This document shows positions 1-9,527 of a stretch of 64,000 bases of DNA, in pieces. Below the pieces are notes generated by a model. It worked only from the letters and a program-made list of their open reading frames with translations, ran no database searches and was not told the origin of the DNA. This stretch comes from Bacteriovoracaceae bacterium. GTDB taxonomy: Bacteria > Bdellovibrionota > UBA2394. Numbering within the stretch: the stretch's first letter is position 1; each line of letters opens with the position of its first letter. The stretch is from NCBI GenBank assembly GCA_028287765.1, contig JAQBPA010000117.1:40483-104482 (forward strand). Direction: 5' to 3'. Both the position numbers and the translations under genes were made by a program.

Positions 1-192
1 CACATCCCCCACACACTGAATGATGCCCGTTCCGTCTCTGATTTGAAGAAAGGCAATCTTTCCAGAACTTCTAAAATTGGCAATCCAGCCTCTCAGCGTT
101 ACGGTCTTTTGGTCAAAAAGAGAAATTTGATCAACCGTTGCGTTTTCTGGATCTTCCCTACCTGAATCTGTTGCTCTTCGAAGTTTTTTCAT
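1..192 (-). CDS. Partial CDS for the N-terminus of a class IIb aminoacyl-tRNA synthetase (Asp/Asn/Lys-RS type OB anticodon-binding domain). The gene runs off the left edge.
   Basis: Reverse-strand translation from ATG at 192 gives [64 protein letters not shown]. The V-x-L-R-G-W-I...R..GK.AFL.IRDG.G.IQ.V pattern is typical of AspRS/AsnRS/LysRS N-domains. The ATG overlaps the TGA of the upstream gene (ATGA). Confidence 0.55.
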   Translation of the reverse strand, partial: MKKLRRATDSGREDPENATVDQISLFDQKTVTLRGWIANFRSSGKIAFLQIRDGTGIIQCVGDV

Positions 193-1331
193 TTCGTTTC
201 ATTCCTTTGGTCTTGTCTCTTTAGTTTGATCACACCTTCGTCCAAAAAACGTTTCATGATTTTTAGAGATTCTAAATCGGGAAGAGGTGAAATCATAATC
301 AGACTCTTAATATCCCAATGTCCGTTAATCCGAGAAGCCAAAAAGCCCTCGAGAGAACTAAATAATTTCTCATTCAGATCAGAAAAATCAATGGCGATTT
401 CTGGAATCGCTTCCGCCGGACAAATTTCATATAGTTTTTTGAGATAGGCTTCACGAACGACTTTAAAAAGTGTTTGCCCCTCTTCGTTAGCCGGATCATT
501 CAAAATGAGTTCATCGATTAAAGAGTAAGACTTTTCAAACTCTTTGGTTTTAAACAATTCGATCGCGCGCTTCAGTAAATCAGCCGAGCTGCTTTTAGCG
601 ACTTCGACGCGCTCCACAGTCTTTTTGATCGCCTCGATGAAACCGCCCCAATAAAGTTTGGCAAAACCTTCTAGGCCTCGATATTCAGGCGCTCGACTTT
701 CCAGAAGAATGCGGCGAATGGATTTCCCGCCGTCGATTCCTTCATAGATTTTTTGAATGATAAAATCTTTGGCAAGATCGCCAATCGTTCTTCGCTCACC
801 TTTGAGAGCAAAGACCACGTCATCCGTAGGAAAAGTCTTTTTAAATTCTTTCCATTCATCGACACGTCTCGCGCCTTCTAAAATCACATGATCGATTGTA
901 ATGGGATTATCGAGCCTATCGTGCTTTGCGATTTGAGGTATCCCGTCCGAATAAATAAATTTTCCGTCTTCCCATAAAAATAAATCATAAACCGTTTCTT
1001 CAATTTTAATTCTTAGCGCTTTCTTGATCTGATCTGCTTTAACTCCGTATTTTTCAACGAGTACCCGTCCTAAGAGCTGCTTATTATCAGATTGGTTTTG
1101 AAACGCCTCTTTAAGTTGTTCTTCCGTGACCCAACCAAAGCAGAGAAGAACTTGCCCCAGATATTCTTTCGGGTCATTTGAACTCGCAGAAACAATGAGT
1201 CCACCCTCAACGAATATTTTTTTGACGAATCCCTTTCTCTCGAGCACGACGGATCCCGTTTTTTGCCCAAACTTCGCCCATTGGAGAAGCTCCGGAAGAT
1301 TCATAGTGCTGAGAAGACCGGATACCGACAT
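189..1331 (-). CDS. DUF4388 domain-containing protein
   Basis: The N-terminal '[37 protein letters not shown]' matches the DUF4388 signature (G.L..LSLPDLLQLL...KTGVL). The 380-aa ORF is cytoplasmic. Confidence 0.55.
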   Translation of the reverse strand: MSVSGLLSTMNLPELLQWAKFGQKTGSVVLERKGFVKKIFVEGGLIVSASSNDPKEYLGQVLLCFGWVTEEQLKEAFQNQSDNKQLLGRVLVEKYGVKADQIKKALRIKIEETVYDLFLWEDGKFIYSDGIPQIAKHDRLDNPITIDHVILEGARRVDEWKEFKKTFPTDDVVFALKGERRTIGDLAKDFIIQKIYEGIDGGKSIRRILLESRAPEYRGLEGFAKLYWGGFIEAIKKTVERVEVAKSSSADLLKRAIELFKTKEFEKSYSLIDELILNDPANEEGQTLFKVVREAYLKKLYEICPAEAIPEIAIDFSDLNEKLFSSLEGFLASRINGHWDIKSLIMISPLPDLESLKIMKRFLDEGVIKLKRQDQRNETK

Positions 1332-1336
1332 AGAAT

Positions 1337-1720
1337 TTAAAAAGCCGCAATCACTTCGATTTCAACACTCACATCTTTAGGAAGTCTTGCGACCTCAATC
1401 GTTGTTCTGGCTGGCTTCGAAATACCCAAAAATTTTTCGTAGACTTCGTTAAAAGCAGTAAACTGATTCATATCTTTGAGATAACAAGTCGATTTGACGA
1501 CTCTCGAGAAATCAAGCCCAGCTTTTTCGAGAACCGCTTTTATATTGAGACAAACTCTCTCCGTTTGAACTTTGATATCCCCCGTAATGACTTGTTGATT
1601 ACTCGGATCGATCGGAATTTGTCCGCAACAAAACAAAAAGTCTCCGACTTTAACGGCTTGAGAATAAGGCCCCAAAGCTTGAGGCGCCTGATCCGTGGAT
1701 ATCTTGGAAATTTCTTTCAT
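1337..1720 (-). CDS. ridA: RidA/YjgF/TdcF-family reactive intermediate deaminase
   Basis: The 127-aa ORF carries 'APQALGPYSQAVKVGDFLFCCGQIPIDP...TTIEVARLPKDVSVEIEVIA', a classic RidA length and motif set. Confidence 0.85.
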   Translation of the reverse strand: MKEISKISTDQAPQALGPYSQAVKVGDFLFCCGQIPIDPSNQQVITGDIKVQTERVCLNIKAVLEKAGLDFSRVVKSTCYLKDMNQFTAFNEVYEKFLGISKPARTTIEVARLPKDVSVEIEVIAAF

Positions 1721-1751
1721 TTCATTTTCTCCTTCAAATTTTTAGAACCTA

Positions 1752-2288
1752 TTAATTCGGTTCATAGATCACAACCGAGCGGACCTCTCGATAACGATTG
1801 TTGAAATCCAGCCCATAACCAATCACAAAATGATCATCGATCGTAAAGCCCAGAAAGTCCGCCTTCACCGCAGTTTTTCGTCGCGACGGTTTATCTAAAA
1901 AGGAACAAATAGATAGTGACTTCGGTTTCTGCGCACTTAAATGTTTCAATAAATATTCCATCGTATGGCCGGTATCTAAAATGTCTTCAACAATCAGCAC
2001 GTCGCGATCTTTAATCGAAAAACGAATATCACGAACGAGCTTCACCTCTCCAGAAGAGACCGTGCTCGCTCCGTAAGACGACGCTTCAAGAAAATCGATT
2101 TCACACGGAATACTGAGAGAACGGACGAGATCCGATAAAAAAATGAAACTCCCTTTTAAAACGCCAATAATATAAAGGCACTCTGCACCTTTTTTTTTGT
2201 AATGCTCAGAAATTTGGGCACCGAGCTCATGAACGCGTTTACCAATCTCTTTTTCATGAATGAGAACTTTAAAATCTTTGCTCATCAT
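1752..2288 (-). CDS. hpt: Hypoxanthine-guanine phosphoribosyltransferase
   Basis: The 178-aa ORF has the PRTase motif 'VLIVEDILDTGHTM' and the HGPRT C-terminus 'FVIGYGLDFNNRYREV'. Confidence 0.85.
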   Translation of the reverse strand: MMSKDFKVLIHEKEIGKRVHELGAQISEHYKKKGAECLYIIGVLKGSFIFLSDLVRSLSIPCEIDFLEASSYGASTVSSGEVKLVRDIRFSIKDRDVLIVEDILDTGHTMEYLLKHLSAQKPKSLSICSFLDKPSRRKTAVKADFLGFTIDDHFVIGYGLDFNNRYREVRSVVIYEPN

Positions 2289-2295
2289 TATCTTT

Positions 2296-3135
2296 CTATA
2301 CGAAGGAGTTATTTAAAATTTCACCAATGCCGCCGGCACCGGGCACAATATAATCATTTGCATTGAGTCCACGCTCTTTGTTCCAAAATTTTCCAAGTTC
2401 CGATTTTAAAACTTTCTCATCGCTAAGTCCTCGATCCAGCCGGAGGGCAAAAATTTCAAGAATATCGGAGAACGGCTCAACTCTTTTTAAGTATTCGGGA
2501 GTAACAATAAAGTGAAGCGCGATGAATTTTTTGGGTTTCCCCTTGAACAAAGGATTTAGTTTTGAAAGACCGTTTTTATAGAGTTCCAAAACAGAAACGA
2601 TCGTTGTCCCCGTGGCTCCCATCGGGTCTGGAAGAAAAACGAAAGCGTCTTTGACGGGTCCTCCAATTTTATGCCCGCCCATCTTTACGCCAATCACTTC
2701 TCCCTTTGCATTCGTCTTTCGATCTAAAAAAATATGATCTTGACGAATATTTTTGGGCTTTAAAAAACGATGAAGAATTTCATAACAAACAAGTGATGGA
2801 ATAATTCCAGCCCTCATTAAGTCAACGACCACCGCTTTTTCGTCATTCGATAAAAGACTCGCTTCAAATTCAGCCTCTCGATGAAAACTTTTCATTCGAG
2901 TTTTGACTGCTGTTTTTGATCGCGGAAAAAGCGCATTGATGGCTTGAATGGCTAAAAAACTTGAAAGCTCTCTTGCCAGGCGATTGATTTCAGGTTGAAC
3001 CGTTTGATCGACTGAAAATCTCGCGAGCAGATTTTCGTGATACGGATCCGAGAGTAAATGGACATTCTCTCCGTAACGATGCGTTCGTTCAGTAGATTTT
3101 GATTTCGGATTAAAATATTGAGAATCCCGCAACAC
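2296..3135 (-). CDS. Uracil phosphoribosyltransferase-family protein, longer than canonical Upp
   Basis: The C-terminal 'DYIVPGAGGIGEILNNSF' resembles the UPRTase 'YIVPGLGDAGDR' motif, and a PRTase loop 'LPDPMGATGTTIVSV' is present. Confidence 0.55.
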   Translation of the reverse strand: MLRDSQYFNPKSKSTERTHRYGENVHLLSDPYHENLLARFSVDQTVQPEINRLARELSSFLAIQAINALFPRSKTAVKTRMKSFHREAEFEASLLSNDEKAVVVDLMRAGIIPSLVCYEILHRFLKPKNIRQDHIFLDRKTNAKGEVIGVKMGGHKIGGPVKDAFVFLPDPMGATGTTIVSVLELYKNGLSKLNPLFKGKPKKFIALHFIVTPEYLKRVEPFSDILEIFALRLDRGLSDEKVLKSELGKFWNKERGLNANDYIVPGAGGIGEILNNSFV

Positions 3136-3253
3136 TAGTATTTGCCCCGCTTTTTATGATAAAAGGTAGTCGTAACCACAAAAAAATCATAGGAATTTTA
3201 GGTGTTTATGGCCCTCCCTGCGGGCGAGGAGAATCTATGCTAAGTTTCCAAGG

Positions 3254-4024
3254 ATGTATCTACACCATCTCTTCTATGACATTCTCGGTGGAATTAGCAT
3301 TGGTGGAATGATCTTCGGCTCTCTCTATTATAGGAGGGTTCAAAAGCAGACGAAAAAGCAAAATTATCAGCTGAATACGATCGAACAACTTTATAACGAA
3401 GTTCAAATCGCTTCATCGACCATCGATCGAAACGTCATTGAATCGATTGGCGCTCTCGTTCAAGCACTCGAAGCGAGAGATTCCTATACGAAAGGACATT
3501 CCGATCGCGTGAATAAATATAGTATGGCGATCGGTAAATATTTGGGACTTCCACAAAGAGAACTCGACATTCTTCACGACGCAAGCCTTCTTCACGATAT
3601 CGGAAAAATTGGCGTTTACGATCGCATTTTATTAAAGCCGTCGGGCCTCACGAAAGAAGAATTTGAACTCATGCAATCGCATCCGGATTTAGCGGCAACG
3701 ATTCTCTCGTCGCTCACTTTTTTAAAAGAACATATTCCGCTCATTCAACATCATCATGAACGACAAGACGGAAGCGGCTACCCACTCGGATTAAAAGGCG
3801 ATCAAATTCCTCTGGGTGCGCGCATCATCCAAGTGGCTGATACTTGGGATGCGATGACGAGTGACCGGCCTTATCGAAGACGAATGTCGACAGAGATCGC
3901 CATCAAAGAACTTCAAAAGAGTTCTGGCACACAACTCGATGGTCAATGTGTCGAAGCCTTTGTGAGCTGGATCGTCGACAGCCGCGCGGTTCCGATTTCT
4001 TCGGAATCTTTTCTGAATAATTAA
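3254..4024 (+). CDS. HD-GYP domain c-di-GMP phosphodiesterase with an N-terminal TM segment
   Basis: The ORF carries 'LLHDIGKIGV', 'HHERQDGSGYPLGLKG' and 'IIQVADTWDAMTSDRPYRR', the HD and GYP motifs. Confidence 0.85.
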   Translation: MYLHHLFYDILGGISIGGMIFGSLYYRRVQKQTKKQNYQLNTIEQLYNEVQIASSTIDRNVIESIGALVQALEARDSYTKGHSDRVNKYSMAIGKYLGLPQRELDILHDASLLHDIGKIGVYDRILLKPSGLTKEEFELMQSHPDLAATILSSLTFLKEHIPLIQHHHERQDGSGYPLGLKGDQIPLGARIIQVADTWDAMTSDRPYRRRMSTEIAIKELQKSSGTQLDGQCVEAFVSWIVDSRAVPISSESFLNN

Positions 4025-4033
4025 ATTCAGGCA

Positions 4034-6112
4034 CTACGGCGTAGGCAAAATGAGTTTTGCTAAATCCTCAGGGCAGGACGAATATTTTTGCGCGGCCTTC
4101 ACGGCCTTCTTCACAATCATATCCGGCGAATAAGCTTTTTGAGTTAGCTTTTCAATCGAAAGCGGAAATGGAACTTTTCCGCCGTCTTCAAAAATGCCTT
4201 TGATTAAATAATTAGCAATTCCCGGCTGCCGGGCGACAGTTCTTCTTCCTGTAGTTTTTTCTAAATGATCAAGTAGTGAGTTCATGATCATCTCCGCAGC
4301 GATTTCCGCTCCGGCATAACCCCAGTACCGACATCGTCCAGAATAGAAATGATCGGTACTAAAAAAAGCATATCGAGGGTCGATACCATCAATGGGAGGA
4401 GATTTAATTTGAGTAATATTTTCTGACGCAACGCCATAGAGTCTCTTCGCACGATCAACGAAGCGTTCCTTTTCGGGCCCGAACTCAAAATTCCAGAGTT
4501 CAAGATCCATGAGACTATTTGAAGAGAGTTGGCGTAGCGAAAGAAGTTTATTAACCTGAGTTTCCATAACAAAACGTTCGGCGACTGATTTTTCTAGACT
4601 CTGCCCTTCTCGGTTTTTACCGATATGAACTAGAAATTCGGGATCTTGAAGAAACAACTCCATCATCTTCGAATGTGTTTCTGAATAAGCGTTTGAATTT
4701 CCGTTACCCCAAGCATCTCCTGGACCCGCGCTTCCGTGTTCCAAACCATGTCCACCTTCGTGAAGCATAGTCCTGGTGCCAGCGATCCCGTCGGTGCGCA
4801 TACTTTCGACAATATCCAAACCCATGGGGATCCATTCTGATTTATTCTTCGGATCCGGAAGTTCAGCTCTGAGTTCTGTAGCAGAAACTCTTATAACCTT
4901 TGGACGAGCAGGCACATTATAAGAAAGGTAAGCGTGATTATATTTTTTGGGGCGAGAATACATATCACGGTGAATAGTGTCGATTAAGTCAGAAGAAAAA
5001 CCACTTTCTTTCATGGCTTTCACCCAGCTTTTTTCGATCTCTTCTTTAGGAAAATAATCTTTTACGAGAACGCCCGCAGGAAGATTAAAAAAAGCCAGCT
5101 GACTTGGTCGAGCTTTTTCCAGAGAGCCTCCAAATTCGCCTATTCTCTTCTCTAAGAAAATTCTTGTTGCCTCTTGGGTGTCATCTAAAGTTTTTTGAAG
5201 AAATCGTTGCCAATCACTCACGGTTTTCAAACCCTCAAAGTGATGGCGTGCATACGTAGCCAGTACATATTCAGCCCAAGTGCGATAACCCTTTCGGTGA
5301 GCCAACTCTGTGCGAATTTCGGCAGATCTTTGGAATAGAGCCTCGCCTTGTTTAGCGACATCTCTTCCAAGGGCCACACTTCCTTGATAACGTAGAGCTT
5401 CAGTCTGCCTCCAACCAGAATCAAAGGAAACTTCACCATTATAAAAATTTTTCAAAATATTTATCGAGAGTTCGGCAGTTCTGTCTAAAGTCGGGTGGAA
5501 TTTTGATTTTTTTACAATCGACTGAATCTTATCACTGATGTCAGCTAACTCTGCAAAGAGAGGCACTTCATTTGGAGTAAATTCATTGATCTCCAAATCA
5601 GAATGCATCTGACGAGCGAGCTCCGGAAGTTCTCCCTTTAAATCCTTCGAAAGTTCGGCCCATTTTTTGACATCCCCTTGCCATTCAGGAGATGAAAGTA
5701 CTTTTCTGTAGCGACCGTCCATTTCCTTTTGCCATTTTTTCCACTCTTCTTCTTCGGCGTCGGAATTGTAGAGCACGCGATTAATGGCATTATTGTAAAT
5801 CTCGATTCGACCGCCAGGAGGATCCCACCAGAGACGCGTGAGTTCGGGAAGTTCGCGAAGTTGCGGCCAAATATATTTTTGAAAATGATTTAGAAATTCT
5901 TTTTGCTGTGGAGAAGCTTTTTCAGATTCAATGATTTCAAGGTCCGGCACTGGATAATTAGTCATCAAACCCAACACTCGAGCACGCTCTTCATCGCGTG
6001 AAAAAGATTCGACCCATTTATCTTTTTCTTGAGCCCAACTGATCACCGGAGAAAGTGAAATTAAAATAGTAAAAGAACACAGAACAACTCGAACACCCTT
6101 AACACCCATCAC
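4034..6112 (-). CDS. Secreted zinc metallopeptidase with an HEXXH motif. The family is uncertain; M3/M32-like is possible.
   Basis: The N-terminal signal peptide is 'MMGVKGVRVVLCSFTILISLSPVISWAQE', and the motif 'MLHEGGHGLEHGSAG' is present. The ORF is 692 aa. Confidence 0.55.
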   Translation of the reverse strand: MMGVKGVRVVLCSFTILISLSPVISWAQEKDKWVESFSRDEERARVLGLMTNYPVPDLEIIESEKASPQQKEFLNHFQKYIWPQLRELPELTRLWWDPPGGRIEIYNNAINRVLYNSDAEEEEWKKWQKEMDGRYRKVLSSPEWQGDVKKWAELSKDLKGELPELARQMHSDLEINEFTPNEVPLFAELADISDKIQSIVKKSKFHPTLDRTAELSINILKNFYNGEVSFDSGWRQTEALRYQGSVALGRDVAKQGEALFQRSAEIRTELAHRKGYRTWAEYVLATYARHHFEGLKTVSDWQRFLQKTLDDTQEATRIFLEKRIGEFGGSLEKARPSQLAFFNLPAGVLVKDYFPKEEIEKSWVKAMKESGFSSDLIDTIHRDMYSRPKKYNHAYLSYNVPARPKVIRVSATELRAELPDPKNKSEWIPMGLDIVESMRTDGIAGTRTMLHEGGHGLEHGSAGPGDAWGNGNSNAYSETHSKMMELFLQDPEFLVHIGKNREGQSLEKSVAERFVMETQVNKLLSLRQLSSNSLMDLELWNFEFGPEKERFVDRAKRLYGVASENITQIKSPPIDGIDPRYAFFSTDHFYSGRCRYWGYAGAEIAAEMIMNSLLDHLEKTTGRRTVARQPGIANYLIKGIFEDGGKVPFPLSIEKLTQKAYSPDMIVKKAVKAAQKYSSCPEDLAKLILPTP

Positions 6113-6291
6113 TTGCAGGTAACATATTTGCTATTTTTCTCAAAGCACCTCATTTTTACCTGTGAAAATTGCTGAGACATTCATTCCCCACAAAATCGCG
6201 ACATTCAGTTGTGATTAGATAAGACCTTCGAATTCAGCCCTGCTGGCGCATTAAAACTCGAAGGCGCTCTGGCATAGAACTTGCACTTAAT

Positions 6292-6873
6292 ATGAGAAGC
6301 CACCAAGGAGGCACGATGAAAAAAATTTCTTTACTCATTCATTTGGTACTTTTCTCAATGGTTTTTGTAAGACCTACGTTTGCTCAGGAAAACGTAAACG
6401 CGGATCCGAAAGTGAAAGAGTTAACGGCTGAACTCGAGACTAAAAAGAAGCTTCGCGATGCTGACCTGCAATTCTACACGGCTATGGAGTCTGGCTTGAC
6501 GGACGCTGAACTACTGTTCGCTGAAATAAAGAAAGGCGATCCACAATTATCAGAGAGTAAAAAGGCTACTTTAGAAACAAAAATGGAAAAAATAATCACA
6601 AATTATAAAGATTCAATAGCTTCATCTAAAAGCAGCCTGGCTGCGTATGATAAGGATATCACCGATTTAGAAAATAAATTAGTGATTGCTGTGACCTTAG
6701 CTGAAGCGAGGGGGCTCAAACGAATTATACAAAATACAAACACTCCTCCAGGCACCAACGTAATATCGTCACCTCATCTTAAGCCGCAAGCGAATCAGCC
6801 GAGCGCGGGCGTGACAAAGGACTTAGCGGAAACTCCGAAGTGGAGGGGCTATCCGCTTTATTTACGCGAATAA
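6292..6873 (+). CDS. Hypothetical secreted coiled-coil protein. The likely start is the internal Met at 6316.
   Basis: The signal peptide 'MKKISLLIHLVLFSMVFVRPTFAQE' is followed by K/E-rich helical sequence. No recognisable domain. Confidence 0.4.
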   Translation: MRSHQGGTMKKISLLIHLVLFSMVFVRPTFAQENVNADPKVKELTAELETKKKLRDADLQFYTAMESGLTDAELLFAEIKKGDPQLSESKKATLETKMEKIITNYKDSIASSKSSLAAYDKDITDLENKLVIAVTLAEARGLKRIIQNTNTPPGTNVISSPHLKPQANQPSAGVTKDLAETPKWRGYPLYLRE

Positions 6874-6972
6874 AAGTCTCGTTATCATTTTGTACAAACT
6901 GCGTGCCCAGTGATGTGAATTTGGGACCGTAATACCCACAAAGTCAGCCCAAGATCATTTTTAGCGATTTAA

Positions 6973-7080
6973 ATGAATCCAAACCTCGGCTGCTTCGACG
7001 GAATGACAACTCTCGGAGCTGCCATTCACTACAAACTGGCCGAAGTCACTCAAGTCCTGATTAAAGGCGGCGCTGATTAA
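6973..7080 (+). pseudogene. Short ORF (35 aa) encoding a single ankyrin-repeat-like unit. It is probably a gene remnant.
   Basis: Translation gives MNPNLGCFDGMTTLGAAIHYKLAEVTQVLIKGGAD, which fits the ankyrin consensus G-TpLH-AA..g...vv.lLl..GAd. It is not in the ORF track because it is under 60 aa. Confidence 0.25.
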
Positions 7081-7107
7081 ATGAAACTGACTTGCGAATA
7101 ATATTCT

Positions 7108-9354
7108 TTATAGCTTCGTCACAAATTTTGATAAAACTTTCTTCAGTCCGCGCCGAGCAAATGCGATCGAAAGACATTCATCTGCTCCTAAGAATTCTGC
7201 CTTCTGCACAATCCCCTCACCAAAGCTTGGGTGAACCACTCGCTCGCCTTTTCGGAATGAAAAGTCTTCGTCCGATTGCACGCGTTGATCGAAATCGAAA
7301 TCATTTGCAAATTGAGACTGCGCAGCGGATTTTTGAATTCTTGGTCGCCATGCATAGTCACTTCCTGACGACTCTGCCGGCTCTCTTACGGTTTCGACTG
7401 CTGACATGGGAACGTCTTTTAAAAACCTGCTTGCTACACAAAAATTGATGGAACCAAAAACTCTTCTTCGCTCGGCTCGCGTCAGATAAAGTTTTTCTTT
7501 GGCTCTCGTCATTCCAACGTAGCAAAGCCTGCGCTCTTCTTCTGTTTTTTCGTACGAGTCGTAGGAGCGCGCCGAAGGAAACAGGCCCTCTTCCATTCCG
7601 GCCAAGAAGCAAACTTTAAACTCGAGGCCCTTTGCTGCATGTAAACTCATCATCGTGACTTTTTCGGCCGTCTCATAAAGTCCATCGATATCGGACATGA
7701 GTGAGACTTGTTCTAAAAACGCACGGAGTTTTCGTCGGAGAAGGGAACCCTCTGTGACATCGGGCTCACGAAAGTTTTCTTCGAACTGCTGAACGGCCGA
7801 CAAAAGTTCCTCGATATTTTGAACGCGCTCTTTGCTTTCTTCGGTGCCGAGCTTTTCCAAAACTTCGACGTATTTCGTTTTCTTGAGCAGATCGATCAGC
7901 AGATCCACCAAACTATCCCGGCTCTCGACCTCCGAAAGACCCCATGCCATGATATCGCGGTACTGAGAAATTCCGTCGCGAGCTTTTCCTGTAATCGGAA
8001 TAGCATCCCACTGCGAAATCCAAACACCTATTGGATTTTGCGAAATATTGGCAAGGCCCTCTAATTTTTCTACGGAAGTCGCGCCTATTCCTCGAAGCGG
8101 AGTATTAATCGTTCGACGAAACGCCATGATGTCGGAAGGATTTAATAATATTTTGAGATAGCTCAAAATATCTTTGATTTCTTTTCGCTCATAAAAACGA
8201 AAGCCACCAATAATCTGATAAGGAATGCGGTAACGAAGGCATTCTTCTTCAAAACCTCGAGACAGCGAATTCACTCGATAAAGAACGGCGATCTCTGAAG
8301 CAGAAACACCTTGCTCCATCAGTCGCTTCATCTCGCCCACAATAAAATGAGCCTCTTCGCGATCGTCCTCTAAGCTAGCCAGTCTAATTTTTTGCCCGTC
8401 CGATGCGTTCGTCCAAAGAGTTTTTTCGTGTCGCATCTGGTTTTTAGAGATGATCGCGGTCGCAGCTTTTAAAATATTTCCGGTCGAGCGATAGTTTTGT
8501 TCAAGCTTAACGACCTTGGCGCCTTTAAATTCTTTATCAAATTCTAAAATATTTTCGATCTTGGCGCCGCGCCAACCGTAAATACTTTGATCATCGTCTC
8601 CCACCACACAAATATTTCGATGAGAGTTCATCATTTCACGAAGAAGGTTATATTGGAGCTCGTTCGTATCTTGGAATTCATCGATCAAAATATAGCGCCA
8701 TTGATCTTGATAGAAATTTTTGACGTCAGGATGTTCTTTAAACAGACGATAAGTATTTAAGAGAAGATCATCAAAGTCCATCGCCTGAACTTTTTTCATT
8801 TCTTCCGTATAAGTTTTATAAAGTTTCGCGCAAGTTTCTTCAAACGAACTTCGCGTGAGACTCTCCACTTCGTCAAAAAACTTTCCTTTGTTTTTCCATT
8901 CTCCGATTTGATGAAGAATCGTGTCGACGGCGATTTCTTTATCGGAGATGCCCGCTTTTTCCATGCAGTCTTTCATCAAACTTTTTTGATCGGCGTCATC
9001 GTAAATAGCAAAGTCACTCGTATAACCCAGTCGCCCACCATGAAGTCGCAAAATTCGCGCGCAGACCGAGTGGAACGTTGAAATCCAGGGAAGTCGCGCA
9101 GGTCCTTCATCTCCGAGGAGATGTTTCACGCGCTCATGCATTTCTCGTGCAGCTTTATTCGAAAACGTCATCGCGAGAATGGCATCGAGCGGAATATAGT
9201 GATCGTAAATTAAATGGGCGATTCGATACGTAAGCACCCGCGTTTTTCCGGAGCCGGCGCCCGCAAGCACAAGAACGGGCCCCTCCGTTTGAGAAACGGC
9301 AGCCAGCTGCCTTTCATTTAATTCAGAGCCATGCGTCTCGAGAAAAGTTCCCAT
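7108..9354 (-). CDS. UvrD/PcrA/Rep-family ATP-dependent DNA helicase
   Basis: The ORF has Walker A 'LVLAGAGSGKTRVLTYRIAHLI' and the helicase motifs 'FDDLL', 'ILIDEFQDTN', 'VGDDDQSIYGWRGA' and 'LEQNYRST'. It is 748 aa. Confidence 0.9.
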   Translation of the reverse strand: MGTFLETHGSELNERQLAAVSQTEGPVLVLAGAGSGKTRVLTYRIAHLIYDHYIPLDAILAMTFSNKAAREMHERVKHLLGDEGPARLPWISTFHSVCARILRLHGGRLGYTSDFAIYDDADQKSLMKDCMEKAGISDKEIAVDTILHQIGEWKNKGKFFDEVESLTRSSFEETCAKLYKTYTEEMKKVQAMDFDDLLLNTYRLFKEHPDVKNFYQDQWRYILIDEFQDTNELQYNLLREMMNSHRNICVVGDDDQSIYGWRGAKIENILEFDKEFKGAKVVKLEQNYRSTGNILKAATAIISKNQMRHEKTLWTNASDGQKIRLASLEDDREEAHFIVGEMKRLMEQGVSASEIAVLYRVNSLSRGFEEECLRYRIPYQIIGGFRFYERKEIKDILSYLKILLNPSDIMAFRRTINTPLRGIGATSVEKLEGLANISQNPIGVWISQWDAIPITGKARDGISQYRDIMAWGLSEVESRDSLVDLLIDLLKKTKYVEVLEKLGTEESKERVQNIEELLSAVQQFEENFREPDVTEGSLLRRKLRAFLEQVSLMSDIDGLYETAEKVTMMSLHAAKGLEFKVCFLAGMEEGLFPSARSYDSYEKTEEERRLCYVGMTRAKEKLYLTRAERRRVFGSINFCVASRFLKDVPMSAVETVREPAESSGSDYAWRPRIQKSAAQSQFANDFDFDQRVQSDEDFSFRKGERVVHPSFGEGIVQKAEFLGADECLSIAFARRGLKKVLSKFVTKL

Positions 9355-9527
9355 CCTTTTTAGTTACCGAGACGGTTTCAATGACGCAAGTTTCGGTTTC
9401 ACTTCTAATCCATTGAATCCATTCGCCTTGCTGCGGGGCTCAAATGGATTCCAGTGAATTTTTTGCGAACGAACCCGATGGATTCTTTGATGCAAGGTTG
9501 TATCAAAAATTCGGGAGCGAAGAGCGT

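Noticed and set aside
9444-9527. N-terminal extension of the flagellin ORF (MDSSEFFANEPDGFF...)
   Set aside because: The flagellin consensus N-terminus starts at MSFKIN (9528) with a GGGAG RBS. The extension overlaps the helicase promoter region and is not flagellin-like.
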